A DNA stretch of 64,000 nt, from positions 992,001 through 1,056,000 of the forward strand of contig CAVSBL010000002.1 of assembly GCA_963726255.1 (NCBI GenBank). The letters are read 5' to 3'. The notes under the pieces are model-generated. The model was not told the DNA's origin, made no database searches, and saw nothing but the letters and a program-made list of their open reading frames with translations. Within the stretch, counting starts at the first letter, position 1, and each line of letters starts with the position of its first letter. Source of the DNA: Candidatus Bathyarchaeota archaeon (GTDB lineage Archaea > Thermoproteota > Bathyarchaeia > 40CM-2-53-6). Shown piece by piece: positions 28,839 through 38,776 of this stretch. The position numbers and the translations under genes were made by a program.

Positions 28839-28906
28839 TCTACGGACCAATCTTCTCTTCAGCTACCTTTTGTCCACTCAGCCGCATAGCCTGCCTTCGA
28901 GTAGGA

Positions 28907-30445
28907 CTAGCACGGCTCGATTGTGGACGGCGGTTTCGAGGTTATCGCGTACGTCACCCAGGTAACTCCGGGTACCTCACCTGTGATTCGGCTGCTGAGT
29001 TCCTCGAGGACATCGGGCGTGATTCTTGCCCAGTCTGCGGTCATGCCGTCCAAGGATTTCACAATGCGAACGGTAACGATGTATCCTAACTGGCGCTGAT
29101 CGCCAAGAACTCCCACTGCCGTGTCATCCCCAACGATTGCGAACGCTTGCCAAACGGAGCCGTAAAGTCCGCGGCGGGTCAGGACATCCTCAACTATGGC
29201 GCTGGCTTCTCGGCATATGCGGAGTTTCTCGTTTGTTACCTCGCCGACAATACGAACCGCAAGACCAGGGCCTGGGAAAGGGTGTGCGCTTACTATGACG
29301 TTGGGTACGCCGAGTTCCTGAGCGATCTTGCGAACCTCATCCTTGTATAGGAACTTCAAGGGCTCAATAATTCTGAACTTCGACCATTCAGGGATCCCTC
29401 CCACATTGTGGTGCGTCTTTATTCGAGATGCTATGCTACCAGTCCCCGCACTTTCGATAACGTCTGGGTAGAGGGTTCCTTGAGCTAGCCAACGAAACGT
29501 TCCCGTCTTCGAACTCTCTTCGTCAAAGACTTTGATGAATTCTTCACCGATGATTTTCCGTTTTTGTTCAGGGTCGGTAACGCCGACAAGACGTTTTAGA
29601 AATCTTTCAGAAGCATCAACGTAACGCAGGTTTAGCTTAAGTTCATCCTTCAAAGCCTTCACAATCAGTTTCGCTTCATCCTTTCTCAAGAGGCCGTGAT
29701 TAACGAAGATGCAGGTTAACCGGTCTCCCACAGCCCGCTGCACGAGCACGGCTGTCGCAGTGGAGTCAACTCCACCGCTCACAGCGGACAAGACCTCATC
29801 ATTTCCAACTTCGGATCGAATTTGCTGCGTAGCGGTTTCAATTATCGACCGCGGGTTCCAGGTCTGCGAACACCCGCTTATTCCAACGGCGAAATTCCTT
29901 AAGATCTGTAGGCCGTTCTCCGTATGCGCAACCTCTGGATGAAACTGAACCCCGTAAAGCAGGCGAGAAGAATCACGTATAGCCGCGGTTTTGCAATTCT
30001 CGGAACTAGCAATCACCTCGAACCTGCCGGGGAGGGTTTCCGCGTAATCACCGTGGCTCATCCAAGAGACCATTGAGCCGGTAATTCCCTGAAATAGGTC
30101 AGAGCTGTCGGATATGTTCAACTGCGCCTTCCCATACTCCCGCCGTTTTGTCGCTTTGACGCGGCCACCCAGCATCTGAACCATTAATTGGAGGCCGTAG
30201 CAGATACCCAAGACGGGCAAGCCAAGCCGAAAGATTCCGGGGTCACATTTGGGAGCTCCTTCATCGTATACGCTGGCGGGGCCGCCGGAAAGAATCACGC
30301 CCTTCGCTTTCAGCTCTAGGAGTTCCTGTGGTTTTGCGGTATATGGCATCAGCTCTGAGTAGACTTCGCATTCCCTTATGCGGCGTGTTATGAGATGTGA
30401 GTACTGGCCTCCGAAGTCAAGAACGGCTATCAGTTCGTCGGGCAT
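28907..30445 (-). CDS. guaA: GMP synthase (glutamine-hydrolysing, single chain)
   Basis: LDFGGQY, GICYGLQ, QFHPEV, SGGVDS, IKTHHNVGG, HPFPGPGL, KPPSTIE. Confidence 0.97.
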   Translation of the reverse strand: MPDELIAVLDFGGQYSHLITRRIRECEVYSELMPYTAKPQELLELKAKGVILSGGPASVYDEGAPKCDPGIFRLGLPVLGICYGLQLMVQMLGGRVKATKRREYGKAQLNISDSSDLFQGITGSMVSWMSHGDYAETLPGRFEVIASSENCKTAAIRDSSRLLYGVQFHPEVAHTENGLQILRNFAVGISGCSQTWNPRSIIETATQQIRSEVGNDEVLSAVSGGVDSTATAVLVQRAVGDRLTCIFVNHGLLRKDEAKLIVKALKDELKLNLRYVDASERFLKRLVGVTDPEQKRKIIGEEFIKVFDEESSKTGTFRWLAQGTLYPDVIESAGTGSIASRIKTHHNVGGIPEWSKFRIIEPLKFLYKDEVRKIAQELGVPNVIVSAHPFPGPGLAVRIVGEVTNEKLRICREASAIVEDVLTRRGLYGSVWQAFAIVGDDTAVGVLGDQRQLGYIVTVRIVKSLDGMTADWARITPDVLEELSSRITGEVPGVTWVTYAITSKPPSTIEPC

Positions 30446-30476
30446 TGCCTATCAGTTTGCCGCAGGTTCGATGACC

Positions 30477-31010
30477 CTACCGTATCCGCTTTAGACCTTT
30501 TGGATACCTCAATGCCAAGTCAGCGTAAGCTTCCTTGTATTTGGTCCAAAGTCGTTTGTCGGATTCTGCGACATCTCGAATGACTTTCGCGGGAACGCCA
30601 ACCGCAACTTTGCCATCAGGAATTGTTTGGTTGCTTGTCACTACTGCGCCTTCACCAACAATGCTCCAAACTCCGACGGTCCCGTAGTCGCTTATCACTG
30701 CACCCACACCAACCACTGCGTAATCTTTGATTGTGCAGTTATGGAGAAGCGCCCCGTGGCCAATTTGAACATGATTGCCGACTTCGCATTTCTCATTCAT
30801 CCGCGCATGTAGGACACAGTTTTCTTGTATACTCGTTTTCTCCCCTATCGTAATCGTTCCATAATCTCCTCTGATTCTTGCACCGGAACCGATGAAACAT
30901 TGTGTCCCAATAGTAACATCTCCCAGCACCTTCGCGTCCTCGTCAACGTAGGCGTTTGGCGCTATCCGTGGGATGCGCCCTTCAAATTCGTATATTCCCA
31001 CGCGGCTCAT
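30477..31010 (-). CDS. Gamma carbonic anhydrase family (hexapeptide repeat) protein
   Basis: LGDVTIG, IRGDYG, IQENCVLH, IGHGALLHNC. Confidence 0.9.
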   Translation of the reverse strand: MSRVGIYEFEGRIPRIAPNAYVDEDAKVLGDVTIGTQCFIGSGARIRGDYGTITIGEKTSIQENCVLHARMNEKCEVGNHVQIGHGALLHNCTIKDYAVVGVGAVISDYGTVGVWSIVGEGAVVTSNQTIPDGKVAVGVPAKVIRDVAESDKRLWTKYKEAYADLALRYPKGLKRIR

Positions 31011-31158
31011 CTCGGAATCTGTATTTTGAACGGCGGCTCTTAAGATACGCCTTGACGGGCTTCGCCAAAGAAATCATCTTCTGGCCTAAAGCGGACTACG
31101 TTAATGGCATGTTCCCTGTAGGGTCAGGGAGCAATAGAATCGTTACGTTGAGCTGTTC

Positions 31159-31547
31159 CTAGGAGAAGCTGCCAATCTTCGCTTCGAGTTGGCTCTTCGG
31201 CAGGAGCCCAACTACACGGTCCACTTCAGCCCCGTTCTTCATTACGAGCAGCGTAGGAATCGCCCTTATGCCAAATTTCTCAGCGGTCTCGGGGTTCTCG
31301 TCAACATTCAACTTTCCGAACACTATTTTCCCGCTGTACTCCTTTGCCAGTTCCTCCACTATGGGTGCAATCGCTCGGCAGGGTGCACACCAGGCTGCCC
31401 AGCAGTCGACGACAACTAACGGGTAGTTCTTGACTGTCTGGTCGAAGTTCCTGTCACTAACAACTATTGGTTTGTCTATGCTCGGTGTTGACATTTGTCC
31501 CATTAGTTCGTGCATCTTCTTTTGCGTATTTGCTCAAGCTCGTCCAA
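31159..31547 (-). CDS. trxA: Thioredoxin (N-terminal frameshift near 31520)
   Basis: WAAWCAPC; upstream frame encodes MDELEQIR...KKMHEL, the typical archaeal N-terminus. Confidence 0.92.
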
Positions 31548-31779
31548 AATCGGACCACTCGCAGCAGTTCAAGCCAAGAAGTTCCCTTTCGTTATAAATC
31601 TACCCCGCAACTAACGTGAATGACGCAGCTCGACCCTACCCCTATTCCCGACGTCAGCCGGATCGGGAATTCGCGGGATTATTATTCAGAAGAAAAGCGG
31701 CGGTCGAGCTTTGGCTTTGCGCTCTTTGGCATCCTAGTCAACCTTAAGAGGCCAACACACTGTAAAACGGGACTCAAGC

Positions 31780-32936
31780 GTGAGTGAAATGCCCCTCGAC
31801 TTTGATTTCAGCGAAGAACAAGCACTTTTCCGTAGAACTGTTCGAGAGTATGCCAAGAAGGAGATCGCTCCGAAGATTAGGGATGCTGAAAGCAAAGGCA
31901 AATTCCCGTGGGAGCTTTACCGGAAGATGGGGCAGGCTGGGCTTCTGGGCCTAAGGTTTCCGAAGCAGTATGGCGGGCAGGAGGCGGACGCTGTCACGAT
32001 GGGAATTCTCGTCGAAGAAGTTGCCCGCGCAGGCTGGCAAATTCCGCTCAGTGACATAATGGGTGAGATTCTGTCTTTGCATGGCCCGGAACAGCTGAAG
32101 AGAGAGTGGCTGCCGGCCATGGCGAAAGGTGAGAGAATGCTTGGAATCGCGAACACGGAACCGTCCGCGGGTCGGACGCTGCCGCCATCACAACCCGTGC
32201 AGTTCGAAAGGGGGACAACTACGTGTTGAATGGTGAAAAACAGTACATAACCGGAGTAAACGAATGCGGAGCTTACTGCGTGCTCGCTAAGACCGACCAA
32301 GAGGGCGGGGCTAAGGGAGTTAGCATGTTCTTCGTTGAGATGGACAGGCCGGGCATCGAAAGGTACAACCTTGACGCGCTCGGCTGGAAGTTGTTCTCCT
32401 TCGGAGGTTTCGTGCTAAAGGACGTAACTGTCCCCGTAGGGAACCTGATTGGTGAGGAGGGCAAAGGTTTCTATTATGTAATGGAAACTTTTGACCTAAT
32501 GCGATCCCTGATCGCGGTTTGGTGCATCGGCATGGCCGAAGCAGCAATAGACGAAAACATCGAGTACGTGAAGCAACGAACAGCTTTCGGGCGACCTATC
32601 GGGAAATATGAATCAGTGCAATCGCGTATTGTCGAAGGTTACACGAGACTTGAGGCTGCCAAGCTGCTTTGTTACAAAACCCTTTGGACCAAGGACAAGG
32701 GCGAGAAGATTACGAAACAGTCAGCCATGATTAAGTGGTATGTGCCACAACTCTGCTTCGAAATAGTGAACGACTGCCTAACAAACCGCGGAGCATTGGG
32801 CTACACAACAGAAAGCCTAGATGAATATAGGTTGAGAGAAATACGTGGGGCCATGATAGGCGACGGCACGACAGACATTAACAAAATCGTTGTGGCCCGC
32901 GAGCTGCTAGGTAAAGAGTTTCTCCCCTACCGCTGA
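31780..32936 (+). CDS. Acyl-CoA dehydrogenase (frameshift in G-run near 32170)
   Basis: Restored TEPSAGSDAAAITTRA...YVLNGEK; QRTAFGRPIG; IGDGTTDI. Confidence 0.9.
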
Positions 32937-32982
32937 GGCAGGGCCATTGCCCCAGGACCGCAGCTAGGGGAAACCTGGATTC

Positions 32983-33237
32983 CTATTTGCCTTCGCTAAC
33001 GATAGTAGTCAGGGTAGATCGAATCTTGTCGAGCCTGCGGACTTTCCATGTTATGACTTCTTTCAGGCGATCCATAGAATCTGTTTCAATCTTTGCCACT
33101 ATGTCGTAGACGCCGTATACGAAATAGGACTCCTTAACCTCCGGAACTTGGCGCAGGTCCTTCAAAATTTCATTCTCTGAACCAGCGTCAATATTCATAA
33201 AGACGAAAGCCTTCGGCAATGCCTTAAACCTCACCAA
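32983..33237 (-). CDS. Stand-alone Lrp/AsnC ligand-binding domain protein
   Basis: KAFVFMN...VYGVYDIVAKI...IRSTLTTIV. Confidence 0.87.
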   Translation of the reverse strand: MVRFKALPKAFVFMNIDAGSENEILKDLRQVPEVKESYFVYGVYDIVAKIETDSMDRLKEVITWKVRRLDKIRSTLTTIVSEGK

Positions 33238-33295
33238 AGATAGTGCCGATGAGCATTATGAGATTATCCCTAGGCGTACCACAGGCGGGTTTGGG

Positions 33296-34189
33296 GTGAC
33301 AAATACGTCAGCCCAGCCCCAGCTACTGATTCAACGGATAGAGGAGTTGACCAGGGAACGTTCTTCAACCGACCGGAGGATGGGTTACATTTGGATGCTC
33401 GTGCCGGCCCTGCCGATTGTGGCGGGAATCGGCCTCGCGGTTGGATTCATCGGAATCATGGCCTCAGTGCTCTCGAGAGTTGGCAGCCTTCAGCAACCAC
33501 AAACCGCCCTCTCCTCGGTAATGGGGGAGATTCTTGCGTTGTACGGCTTCGCAATTGCCTCATTTTACCTCGTACTGGCGATAGGAGCTTTCGCCGTTTA
33601 CTATATGATTGAAAGGAGGAACGGCCATTCCAGAAGACAGCAACAGCTCTTTTCGACCCTTCAAAAGTACCTAGCCTCAAAATCAGGCCCTACTGCGGAC
33701 GATAATGTCTTTCGCCTTCAACAATTGACTGAAGAATCGATGTTCGAGGAGCGCGATAGGCCAGCAGGTCTATGGGCGGTACTCTACGTCTTCGTCAACC
33801 CAATCGTCGGCTTGATCGTGGCGTACAACCTCACTCAGGACTTGCGCAAACACGAGGAACTACAATCCAACTACCAAACAACCCTACTGAGCGCACTTAG
33901 TGAAAGTGGCGTAGCGCCCCTAACCCTTCCTCCCTCCAGGCTTCACAAGAGGGACCCGATGCTGTTAATCATATTGACAGCGATTACGGGCGGCATTTTC
34001 TGGATTTATTGGTTCTACACACTGTTGAAAGATTACAATGAACATTTCCAAGACCAAGCACAGTTCGAAGACCAGATTCTTACCCTGTTGACGCCTCAGC
34101 CAAAGGCTGGGAATTGCGGAAGTTGCGGCGGCGCGGTGCCTGAAAACGCAAAATTCTGCCCTCATTGTGGAAGACAACAAACGAGGTAG
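33296..34189 (+). CDS. DUF4234-like membrane protein with C-terminal zinc ribbon
   Basis: TM segments, ILTAITGGIFWIYWFY...DYNEH, CGSCG...AKFCPHCG. Confidence 0.75.
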   Translation: MTNTSAQPQLLIQRIEELTRERSSTDRRMGYIWMLVPALPIVAGIGLAVGFIGIMASVLSRVGSLQQPQTALSSVMGEILALYGFAIASFYLVLAIGAFAVYYMIERRNGHSRRQQQLFSTLQKYLASKSGPTADDNVFRLQQLTEESMFEERDRPAGLWAVLYVFVNPIVGLIVAYNLTQDLRKHEELQSNYQTTLLSALSESGVAPLTLPPSRLHKRDPMLLIILTAITGGIFWIYWFYTLLKDYNEHFQDQAQFEDQILTLLTPQPKAGNCGSCGGAVPENAKFCPHCGRQQTR

Positions 34190-34215
34190 TGGCTTCATTG
34201 CGGCTTACCTCTGCC

Positions 34216-34830
34216 ATGCGCATTGCACTTGTTCGAAACAAACTGTTGATCACCGTAATCGCGATCACGTTCTTCTCCATAATCATCATATCAGCTGTAG
34301 TTGCTTACGCCGTTCTATTGACATCTCCTGACCTCATGAAGGTCATAGAAGATTTCGTTGGAACAACTAGGACTTATGCGGCGATACCGCCCCCTTTCAC
34401 GAAAAACCTGTACTTTTTCATTTTCCTGAACAACATAGGGCACTTCTGGAACCCGGCCAGAATCTGGGCCTGGGTGCCTTTCATTGGGGCGTTTAGTTTG
34501 GGTTATGAGCTGCTGTTAAATGCGATTACGATAGGTGCAGTTGCTTCCTTTGTCAGCATCACGAAAGGAGCAGCCTACACGATTGCTGGCCTGACACCAC
34601 ATGGGGTTTTTGAAATTCCTGCGTTCGTACTGGAGTTTGCTGGACTAGCGCGGTGGCATGTTGCGACTACTCGTGCGTTATACGGAAAATTAGGCGGCCG
34701 GGGTGTCGACCGGCCGCTTCTAGTCGAGGGAGTGAAGGATGCGCTGATGCTGTCGTTGATGTCAGTAGCTCTGTTCGCCATAGCCGCGTACTTCGAAACC
34801 TACGTAACGCCACGCTTCTTAGGCCTCTAA
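34216..34830 (+). CDS. SpoIIM/DUF95 family membrane protein
   Basis: IFLNN and PHGVFEIPA, AAYFETYVTP motifs. Confidence 0.85.
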   Translation: MRIALVRNKLLITVIAITFFSIIIISAVVAYAVLLTSPDLMKVIEDFVGTTRTYAAIPPPFTKNLYFFIFLNNIGHFWNPARIWAWVPFIGAFSLGYELLLNAITIGAVASFVSITKGAAYTIAGLTPHGVFEIPAFVLEFAGLARWHVATTRALYGKLGGRGVDRPLLVEGVKDALMLSLMSVALFAIAAYFETYVTPRFLGL

Positions 34831-34841
34831 CCAAGCTCGCC

Positions 34842-35585
34842 CTACGCGAACTCGTAGGCTACTTGCACCGTGACCGTAACCCGCAACGTGCCCGGCTGGA
34901 TTGGCGTCGCTTGTGACGAAGCGCTGAGGCGCTCGTAGGTTGGCTGGAAGTTGTAGCCCGGTGTGACAGATATCGGGCCGACGATGCTGACCCCTAGGCC
35001 CGAAGCCATCGCACGCGCCTGGCCGTCTGCATCCTGAATTGCCTGTCCCAGTGCCTGTTTCTGTAACGTCGCGAGCGTCGCGGTGGAGAACGTGAACATG
35101 ATTCCTTGAACTACATTCGCTCCAGCAGAGACGGCTGCATCTATCGCTTTGCCCACCAAACTAAAGTCCTGTAAGGTCACTTGGATTGTGTTCACCGCGG
35201 CATATCCGACGATTTTGGATGGCATAGTCTGATCAGGATTGTTCTGGTAAACCGGCGATAGTGTATAGGACACCGTTTCAATCGAATTCTTGTCGATCCC
35301 AATACCGCCCAAGACTGCGATGACCTTCGTCATCGTGGCCGCGTTGTCGCCAGCCGCTTGTGTTGCAGAATCGGCCTGTGTTTGAACCGCTAGTACCAGA
35401 ACTGCCCGATCGGGAGGTGCCGTCACGGTACCAACGCCGGTAACTTGGATCGTTTTAGGAGCGGGTTGTTGTGCCGTCGTCTGAATGGCCGGAGGTCGAA
35501 TGACGGCTATGGCGCTGATGAGGACTATTGCCACCATTGCGACGGCGGCCAGATAGTAGATCCTTCTATTTGCAATCTCACTCAT
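34842..35585 (-). CDS. SIMPL (DUF541) domain protein
   Basis: IQVTGVGTVTAPPDRA, IDAAVSAGAN, IQPGTLRVTVTVQVAY; AGGAGGTG SD before ATG 35585. Confidence 0.88.
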   Translation of the reverse strand: MSEIANRRIYYLAAVAMVAIVLISAIAVIRPPAIQTTAQQPAPKTIQVTGVGTVTAPPDRAVLVLAVQTQADSATQAAGDNAATMTKVIAVLGGIGIDKNSIETVSYTLSPVYQNNPDQTMPSKIVGYAAVNTIQVTLQDFSLVGKAIDAAVSAGANVVQGIMFTFSTATLATLQKQALGQAIQDADGQARAMASGLGVSIVGPISVTPGYNFQPTYERLSASSQATPIQPGTLRVTVTVQVAYEFA

Positions 35586-35825
35586 CCATTGCACCTCCTT
35601 TCCTCTGAACTCAGCTCCCTCATGGAGCTCTCCCTGCATTAATCCCGCGCTTTTGAACAGGGCGTTCACGGATTAGAACACATGATGCCTGCCCTCGCCG
35701 ATATCTCGCCTTTAATGAACAGATTCGTGGTGAATAAGCGGCCAATGTATGCTGCTTTCTTTGGAGTTTAGGGTTGAAATCTTATCTTGGCGCCGGCAAG
35801 CTAGGCCCTAATTCCGTGACCAGCT

Positions 35826-36257
35826 TTGTTCAAGGTGTTCATAACGACACGGGTAATAGCCCGGATTGCGCGGGACGTCAACAGACCCGTCGAGCGGATC
35901 GGCTTGCTCATGGGTGCCTTAGAGGACCAAGCCCTTTGGGTCAATGACACCATACCCGGAGGAAATGAAACGAGCGAAGTTTCGTGTGTCTTTCCTCCCC
36001 AGCGCCTTGCACAGGTTGCCAATGATATCGTTGAAGGAAAAATAGAAGGTCGAATCCTGGGGTGGTATCACTCCCATCCTGGCCACGGCTTGTTCTTGTC
36101 ACAGACTGACCTTGACACGCATATGGGGTTCTACCAGTTTTCCCCCTACGCTTTATCACTGGTTGTCGAGCCGAGTACCGGTGAATTTGGTGTTTGGATT
36201 TATGAGAACGGCCTGGGCGTAGTGCAGCTCCCGGTAAGCTACATACACATCATTTGA
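35826..36257 (+). CDS. JAMM/MPN+ (Rpn11-like) metalloprotease
   Basis: ERIGLLMG...LGWYHSHPGHGLFLSQTD. Confidence 0.88.
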   Translation: MFKVFITTRVIARIARDVNRPVERIGLLMGALEDQALWVNDTIPGGNETSEVSCVFPPQRLAQVANDIVEGKIEGRILGWYHSHPGHGLFLSQTDLDTHMGFYQFSPYALSLVVEPSTGEFGVWIYENGLGVVQLPVSYIHII

Positions 36258-36879
36258 CCTTTCCAGTCCCCAACCTTATGCCTTCGCGAATTAGGATCCG
36301 CTGTATCTTTCGCGCTGAGGCAACCCTTGAGAAACGCAGTTTGCTGTTTGTCCCGGTCCAAAGGTCTGCCAACAAAGCTGCTGGGTAACCCTTGCGTCGA
36401 TATTGAATTACTTGTAAAAGTATGTCTATCCTGTCAGCGGCGCGGACAATCTTAGCTTCAAGGGTCCGCTCCGCGTCAAATTCCTTCTGGAGAGCCAAGT
36501 AACTTCGGCGGAGGGTTGGCTCTTCCAAGCCCTCCGTAATATGTTTCCATGCTGCATGCTCTAACTGGGCTTTAATGGCCTCCCCCCTCTCTCCAAGATA
36601 CACTAGGTATTCTTTGCTTATGTCGAAGGTCAGGGATTCAGACAGATCATGTAGAATCGCCAGTCGCAGTACGCGCTCGACGTTCACATGTTTTCCACCC
36701 TGTACTTCCAGGTCGGCTATGACGAGCGAGAGCGCGCAGGTTGAGAATGAGTGATCGGCAACCGATTCAATGTCCTGGAATGACACGCCGTGGCTGATCC
36801 AGCCGCTTCTTGGAATCAGCTTCATTCTGGCCAAGTTCAAAAGGAATCCGATCATGCTTTCCGCCATCGGCCTAGCCAC
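36250..36879 (-). CDS. HD-domain 5'-deoxynucleotidase (YfbR/HDDC2-like)
   Basis: PRSGW...ESVADHS...LHDLSE...ADRID. Confidence 0.88.
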   Translation of the reverse strand: MARPMAESMIGFLLNLARMKLIPRSGWISHGVSFQDIESVADHSFSTCALSLVIADLEVQGGKHVNVERVLRLAILHDLSESLTFDISKEYLVYLGERGEAIKAQLEHAAWKHITEGLEEPTLRRSYLALQKEFDAERTLEAKIVRAADRIDILLQVIQYRRKGYPAALLADLWTGTNSKLRFSRVASARKIQRILIREGIRLGTGKVK

Positions 36880-36949
36880 TTACCCAAATGACAACAATAG
36901 TTATGGCTTTGAGCCTTTGTTTTCCTCGCCCAGCCACAGGTTGCCCTCA

Positions 36950-37687
36950 ATGAAGCGCAGCGTCCTACTAATCCTAATTATCGTCCTTTCAACGGCGGGC
37001 GTATTCTGGGCAACATCATTCAAGACTACAACAATCTATCCGGATAAGCACAATTACAGCTGGCAATGCTTCCCGTTGGCCAATAACGGTTTCTCGAATA
37101 ATTTTGAGATCACCTCATACTACAAGTGCCCCTTCAACATGAGGGGGTGGATAGAATTCAACATCAGTTCGATTCCGTCGGATGCCTGGATCATTTCGGC
37201 ACAGTTACGCTTGCGGTTGTGGACCAAGGGCGACCCAAGCCTGGGCACTACGGATTCAACGGGCAGAATCTACGGGGTATACCGCCTTACCAAGCCGTGG
37301 ACTCAGACCAGCATTAACTGGACCAATCAACCCAACTTCACCGACGAGCACCACGCCACAGCCCCAGTTCCACCAGGCGAAGGGGGATGGTATGGCCCGC
37401 TACTATGGATGAGTTGGGACATCACCGACATAATGAAAGACTGGAGGTCCGGCGTAAGCAACTACGGATTCGTGGTCAAAGACACTCGCGAGTACGCCAC
37501 CAACTTCTATACAACGCAATTTTTCACAAACGACCAAGTTCCCAACGAAAACTACTACCCCCGACTCGTAGTAACCTACGTATCCCCATTGAACCTCGCA
37601 ATTTTCGGCGGCGTACTGCTCGCTGAAGGGTTCTTAATCACCGTCATGTACCGATTGAGAATTGGCGGCTCGAAGATTCGGGAGTGA
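36950..37687 (+). CDS. Secreted/anchored DNRLRE-domain-like protein
   Basis: Signal peptide, IEFNISSIP....SAQLRL, WT...INWTNQP, WDITDIMKDW....NYGF, PRLVVTY + TM. Confidence 0.7.
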   Translation: MKRSVLLILIIVLSTAGVFWATSFKTTTIYPDKHNYSWQCFPLANNGFSNNFEITSYYKCPFNMRGWIEFNISSIPSDAWIISAQLRLRLWTKGDPSLGTTDSTGRIYGVYRLTKPWTQTSINWTNQPNFTDEHHATAPVPPGEGGWYGPLLWMSWDITDIMKDWRSGVSNYGFVVKDTREYATNFYTTQFFTNDQVPNENYYPRLVVTYVSPLNLAIFGGVLLAEGFLITVMYRLRIGGSKIRE

Positions 37688-38694
37688 CGCAAACCATGGG
37701 AACACTAGCGGAAGGTGCAAGAAATGCCGTTGAAGTTTGCATGTCAGTGAAGAAGGGGGAACATGTGCTGATCCTAACGGACCACGCGACATTGGAAGTG
37801 GCCAAAGCCATCGCCGACGCGGCCGAGAAAACGTCAAGAGGAAACGTAAAGCTCCTGATTCTCGAGAATTATACGGAACGCCCTGCGAAGGAATTGCCGA
37901 AACAAATACTTGAGCTGGTTCCTTGGGCGAACGTTACGTACTATGCAGCTGAAAGTCAAAAGGGGGAGCTTTCAGTTAGGGGCCCGTTCATTCGGACAGC
38001 GATAAAATACGCTAGACACGCGCATATGCCTAGCATCACGAGAGAACTCATGGAAACTGGCATGTGTGCTGATTACGGAAAGATCTCTGAGCTAACAAAG
38101 AATGTTGAGCAGGTTGTGAAGGGTTGCAAGAAAGCTAAGGTAGTCAACAAGGCAGGAACTCAACTCAATGTTGAATTCAACCCGTCATGGAGGTGGAGGG
38201 TGTCCGACGGCCTCTTCCCTAAGAAAGGAATGTGGGGAAATCTACCGGACGGAGAAATATTCACTGCGGCCTTCAAAGCGAATGGCAAGATGGTCATCGA
38301 CGAACTAGGGGATTGGTTTAGCCCCAAGTATGGTGTCCTCTCAAAAACGCCTGTCACATTGCAAGTGAATAACTCACGCGCCGACCTCAATTCAATTACA
38401 TGCGCAAACGAACAAGTGTTGCGAGAATTCAAGGAATATCTCAGCCAAGACCCTAACGGAACACGGTTAGGAGAATTCGCGATAGGAACGAACATATTCT
38501 TAGAACGATTGACTGGCAATCTGCTGCAGGATGAAAAATTCCCATCAGTTCACTGCGCCTTCGGCAACCCCTACCCAGAAGAAACAGGCGCGGATTGGAG
38601 TGCGAGTACTCATGTTGATGGCATTATGCTGAAGTGTAGCATTTGGATTGACGACAAGCGGATAATGGAAGAGGGAAAACACCTGGTCGGTTGA
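37684..38694 (+). CDS. M29/aminopeptidase T family peptidase
   Basis: GNLPDGEIF, LGEFAIGTN, DEK...HCAFG, THVD. Confidence 0.85.
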   Translation: MTQTMGTLAEGARNAVEVCMSVKKGEHVLILTDHATLEVAKAIADAAEKTSRGNVKLLILENYTERPAKELPKQILELVPWANVTYYAAESQKGELSVRGPFIRTAIKYARHAHMPSITRELMETGMCADYGKISELTKNVEQVVKGCKKAKVVNKAGTQLNVEFNPSWRWRVSDGLFPKKGMWGNLPDGEIFTAAFKANGKMVIDELGDWFSPKYGVLSKTPVTLQVNNSRADLNSITCANEQVLREFKEYLSQDPNGTRLGEFAIGTNIFLERLTGNLLQDEKFPSVHCAFGNPYPEETGADWSASTHVDGIMLKCSIWIDDKRIMEEGKHLVG

Positions 38695-38776
38695 CCCGAC
38701 AGGCCAACTGCTATTAACGAAAGCAATAAGTACGAACTTTTGATATGACAGCGCCCCTTCGTTAGAGGAAACTAAA

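Noticed and set aside
31644-31670. Inverted repeat ATTCCCGA/TCGGGAAT between trx and acyl-CoA dehydrogenase
   Set aside because: Single occurrence with no second copy or linked regulator; insufficient support.
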